From Octopus sinensis (lineage: Eukaryota), in the NCBI RefSeq assembly GCF_006345805.1, contig NC_043006.1, positions 4,588,001-4,652,000 of the forward strand: a stretch of 64,000 bases of DNA. Direction: 5' to 3'. Positions 62,246 through 64,000 of this stretch are shown here, piece by piece. The notes beneath the pieces are model-generated. The model was not told the DNA's origin, did not search any database, and saw nothing but the letters and a program-made list of their open reading frames with translations. Every line of letters starts with the position of its first letter. Position 1 is the first letter of the stretch. The translations under genes were made by a program, and so were the position numbers.

Positions 62246-64000
62246 GTGAGTAAAAGTTCTTTCATATTTATTTCATATGCATTATATATTTATACTTATA
62301 CATATTTACATATATTTTCATACATCGTCATCATCATCATTTAGCGTCCGCTTTCCATGCTAGCATGGGTTGGACGGTTCGACTGGGGTTTGGGAAGCAA
62401 GGAGGCTGCACCAGGCCCAGTCTGATCTGGCAGTGTTTCTACAGCTGGATGCCCTTCCTAATGCCAACCACTCTGAGAGTGTAGTGGGTGCTTTTACGTG
62501 CCACCGGCACGGGGACCAGTCAGGCAGTACTGGCAACGACTTTGCTCGAATGTTTTTACACATGCCACCGGCACAAGTGCCAGTAAGGCAACGCTGGTAA
62601 TGATCATGTTCGAATGGTACTTTTTATGTGTCACCAGCACAGAAGCCAGTTAGCTGCTCTGGCAAAATGAGATTTAATATTTAATAACCAGTTACAAATA
62701 AGTGTAAAAGTGATGATAATGATGATGACAGTGGTGGCAATGATCTACAACTAAAACCTATTAAACAAACAGATAATATAATTATCATCACTCATGTTAT
62801 TACCGTCTTGATAAGATTATCTAAAGTAACAGAAGTTATCTCAAACAGAAGTAGCAGACTGTTTCTACTTCATCTAGTGATATTCAGAGCAGATGATGAG
62901 TTCACAAACTATGCAAACATTAGCTATGAAAATTATTTAACAATTAATTTGTGAGTAGATGTATGAAATAGTGACTCAGAGTAAACATGCCTGATACCTA
63001 TTTCTTTACAACCCACAAGGGGCTAAACGCAGAGGAGACAAACAAGGACATACAGATAGATTAAGTCGATTATATCGACCCCAGTGTGTACCTGGTACTT
63101 AATTTATCGACCCTGAAAGGATGAAAGGCAAAGTCGACCTTGGCAGAATTTGAACTTAGAACATAGCGGCAGACGAAATACTGCTAAGCATTTCGCCCGG
63201 GATGCTAACGACTCTGCCAGTTCTGAGATATATTTAAACCTGTTGAAGGTTTTTTGCTGCAGAATTTGTTTCTGTGGCTGGTGTATTCTGGAGTTCCTGC
63301 CAACGAATTTTGAGCAAGGAATTGTGAACAAAAAGAGTTGCAGCAAAATTTGTGCCTTGCTTGTTCATGGACGATCAAAAGCAGTCACAACTGAATGTGT
63401 GTTGTGAACTGAAAGAACAATTGGAAGTTGATCTGGACCTTTATTCAAAAGAAACCAAATATAACTAAATGTTTAAAGGAAATGTCTATTATGAGCCAGA
63501 ACTTCTCAATTTGTTGATGTAACTATTGATCTTCAAAATAAATTTAACCAGAATATAATGTTGTATTTGCTTTGTAATGAGGTGATATTTGAAACTTTTG
63601 AAATTTGCTTATGATGTTCCTGACTGGCACTGTGTATTGTGTCTGAGATATTCTTGTTGATAGACAGGATTATGACTCCTTAACTCTTCAAATGGAGTGA
63701 TAGAGGCAAATATTTTCAATCCCTTACCAAGATTATATACTTAAAAGCAATAAATGCCAATTGTGGCTTTGACACACATTAGTTAAGGTGACTCATATAT
63801 CGCTAAGAATGTCTGTCTTTTACCACAGTCTTCTAAAATCTTAACTTGAACCAAAAGAGCTTCTGTGTGGTTGTTTGATATGCTAGAAATAGAAGTGAAA
63901 TATCTCTCAAATTCTTTCCCACCATCTTAGAAAACGACACATTGAAATTAATAATAATAATCATAATAATAATAATCATCATCATCATCATCATCATCAT

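Noticed and set aside
1813-62600. Recurring ORFs with FLQLDALPNANH, RLPNPLTRHWS or TLSEWLALGRASSCRN peptides as a gene family
   Set aside because: They are chance translations of SINE A and RTE 3' UTR copies in several frames and on both strands, without splice or domain support.

Overview
AT-rich, repeat-dense animal genomic DNA. The repeat families look like those of Octopus/coleoid cephalopods; this is inferred from recognition, not from a database search. Two intron-rich genes lie on the + strand. (1) LCMT2/TYW4 (leucine carboxyl methyltransferase 2, tRNA wybutosine-synthesizing protein 4): 15 coding exons reconstructed by hand between 4561 and 29141, all GT-AG and phase-consistent, 2106 nt (701 codons plus stop), with an LCM methyltransferase domain followed by Kelch-type repeats. 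The ATG-bearing first exon was not found. (2) The 5' part of ABCB6: four coding exons at 50331-62245 (TMD0 and start of the core TMD), continuing beyond the window. The rest is mostly transposon-derived: three tRNA-headed SINE families, about 35 5'-truncated RTE-type LINE pieces, CR1-group LINE ends, decayed mariners, non-autonomous Helitrons, piggyBac/Merlin/Tigger-like MITEs and microsatellites. Most ORFs in the supplied track are repeat artefacts. The most interesting signal is a set of asymmetric fold-back insertions, two of which are TSD-flanked and carry minimal Penelope-type hammerhead-ribozyme motifs in both arms. One of these also has back-to-back tRNA-like Pol III heads (17633-18147); the other has a G3:C8-swapped hammerhead core (52113-52413). 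Repeat boundaries are approximate unless TSDs/TIRs are quoted.
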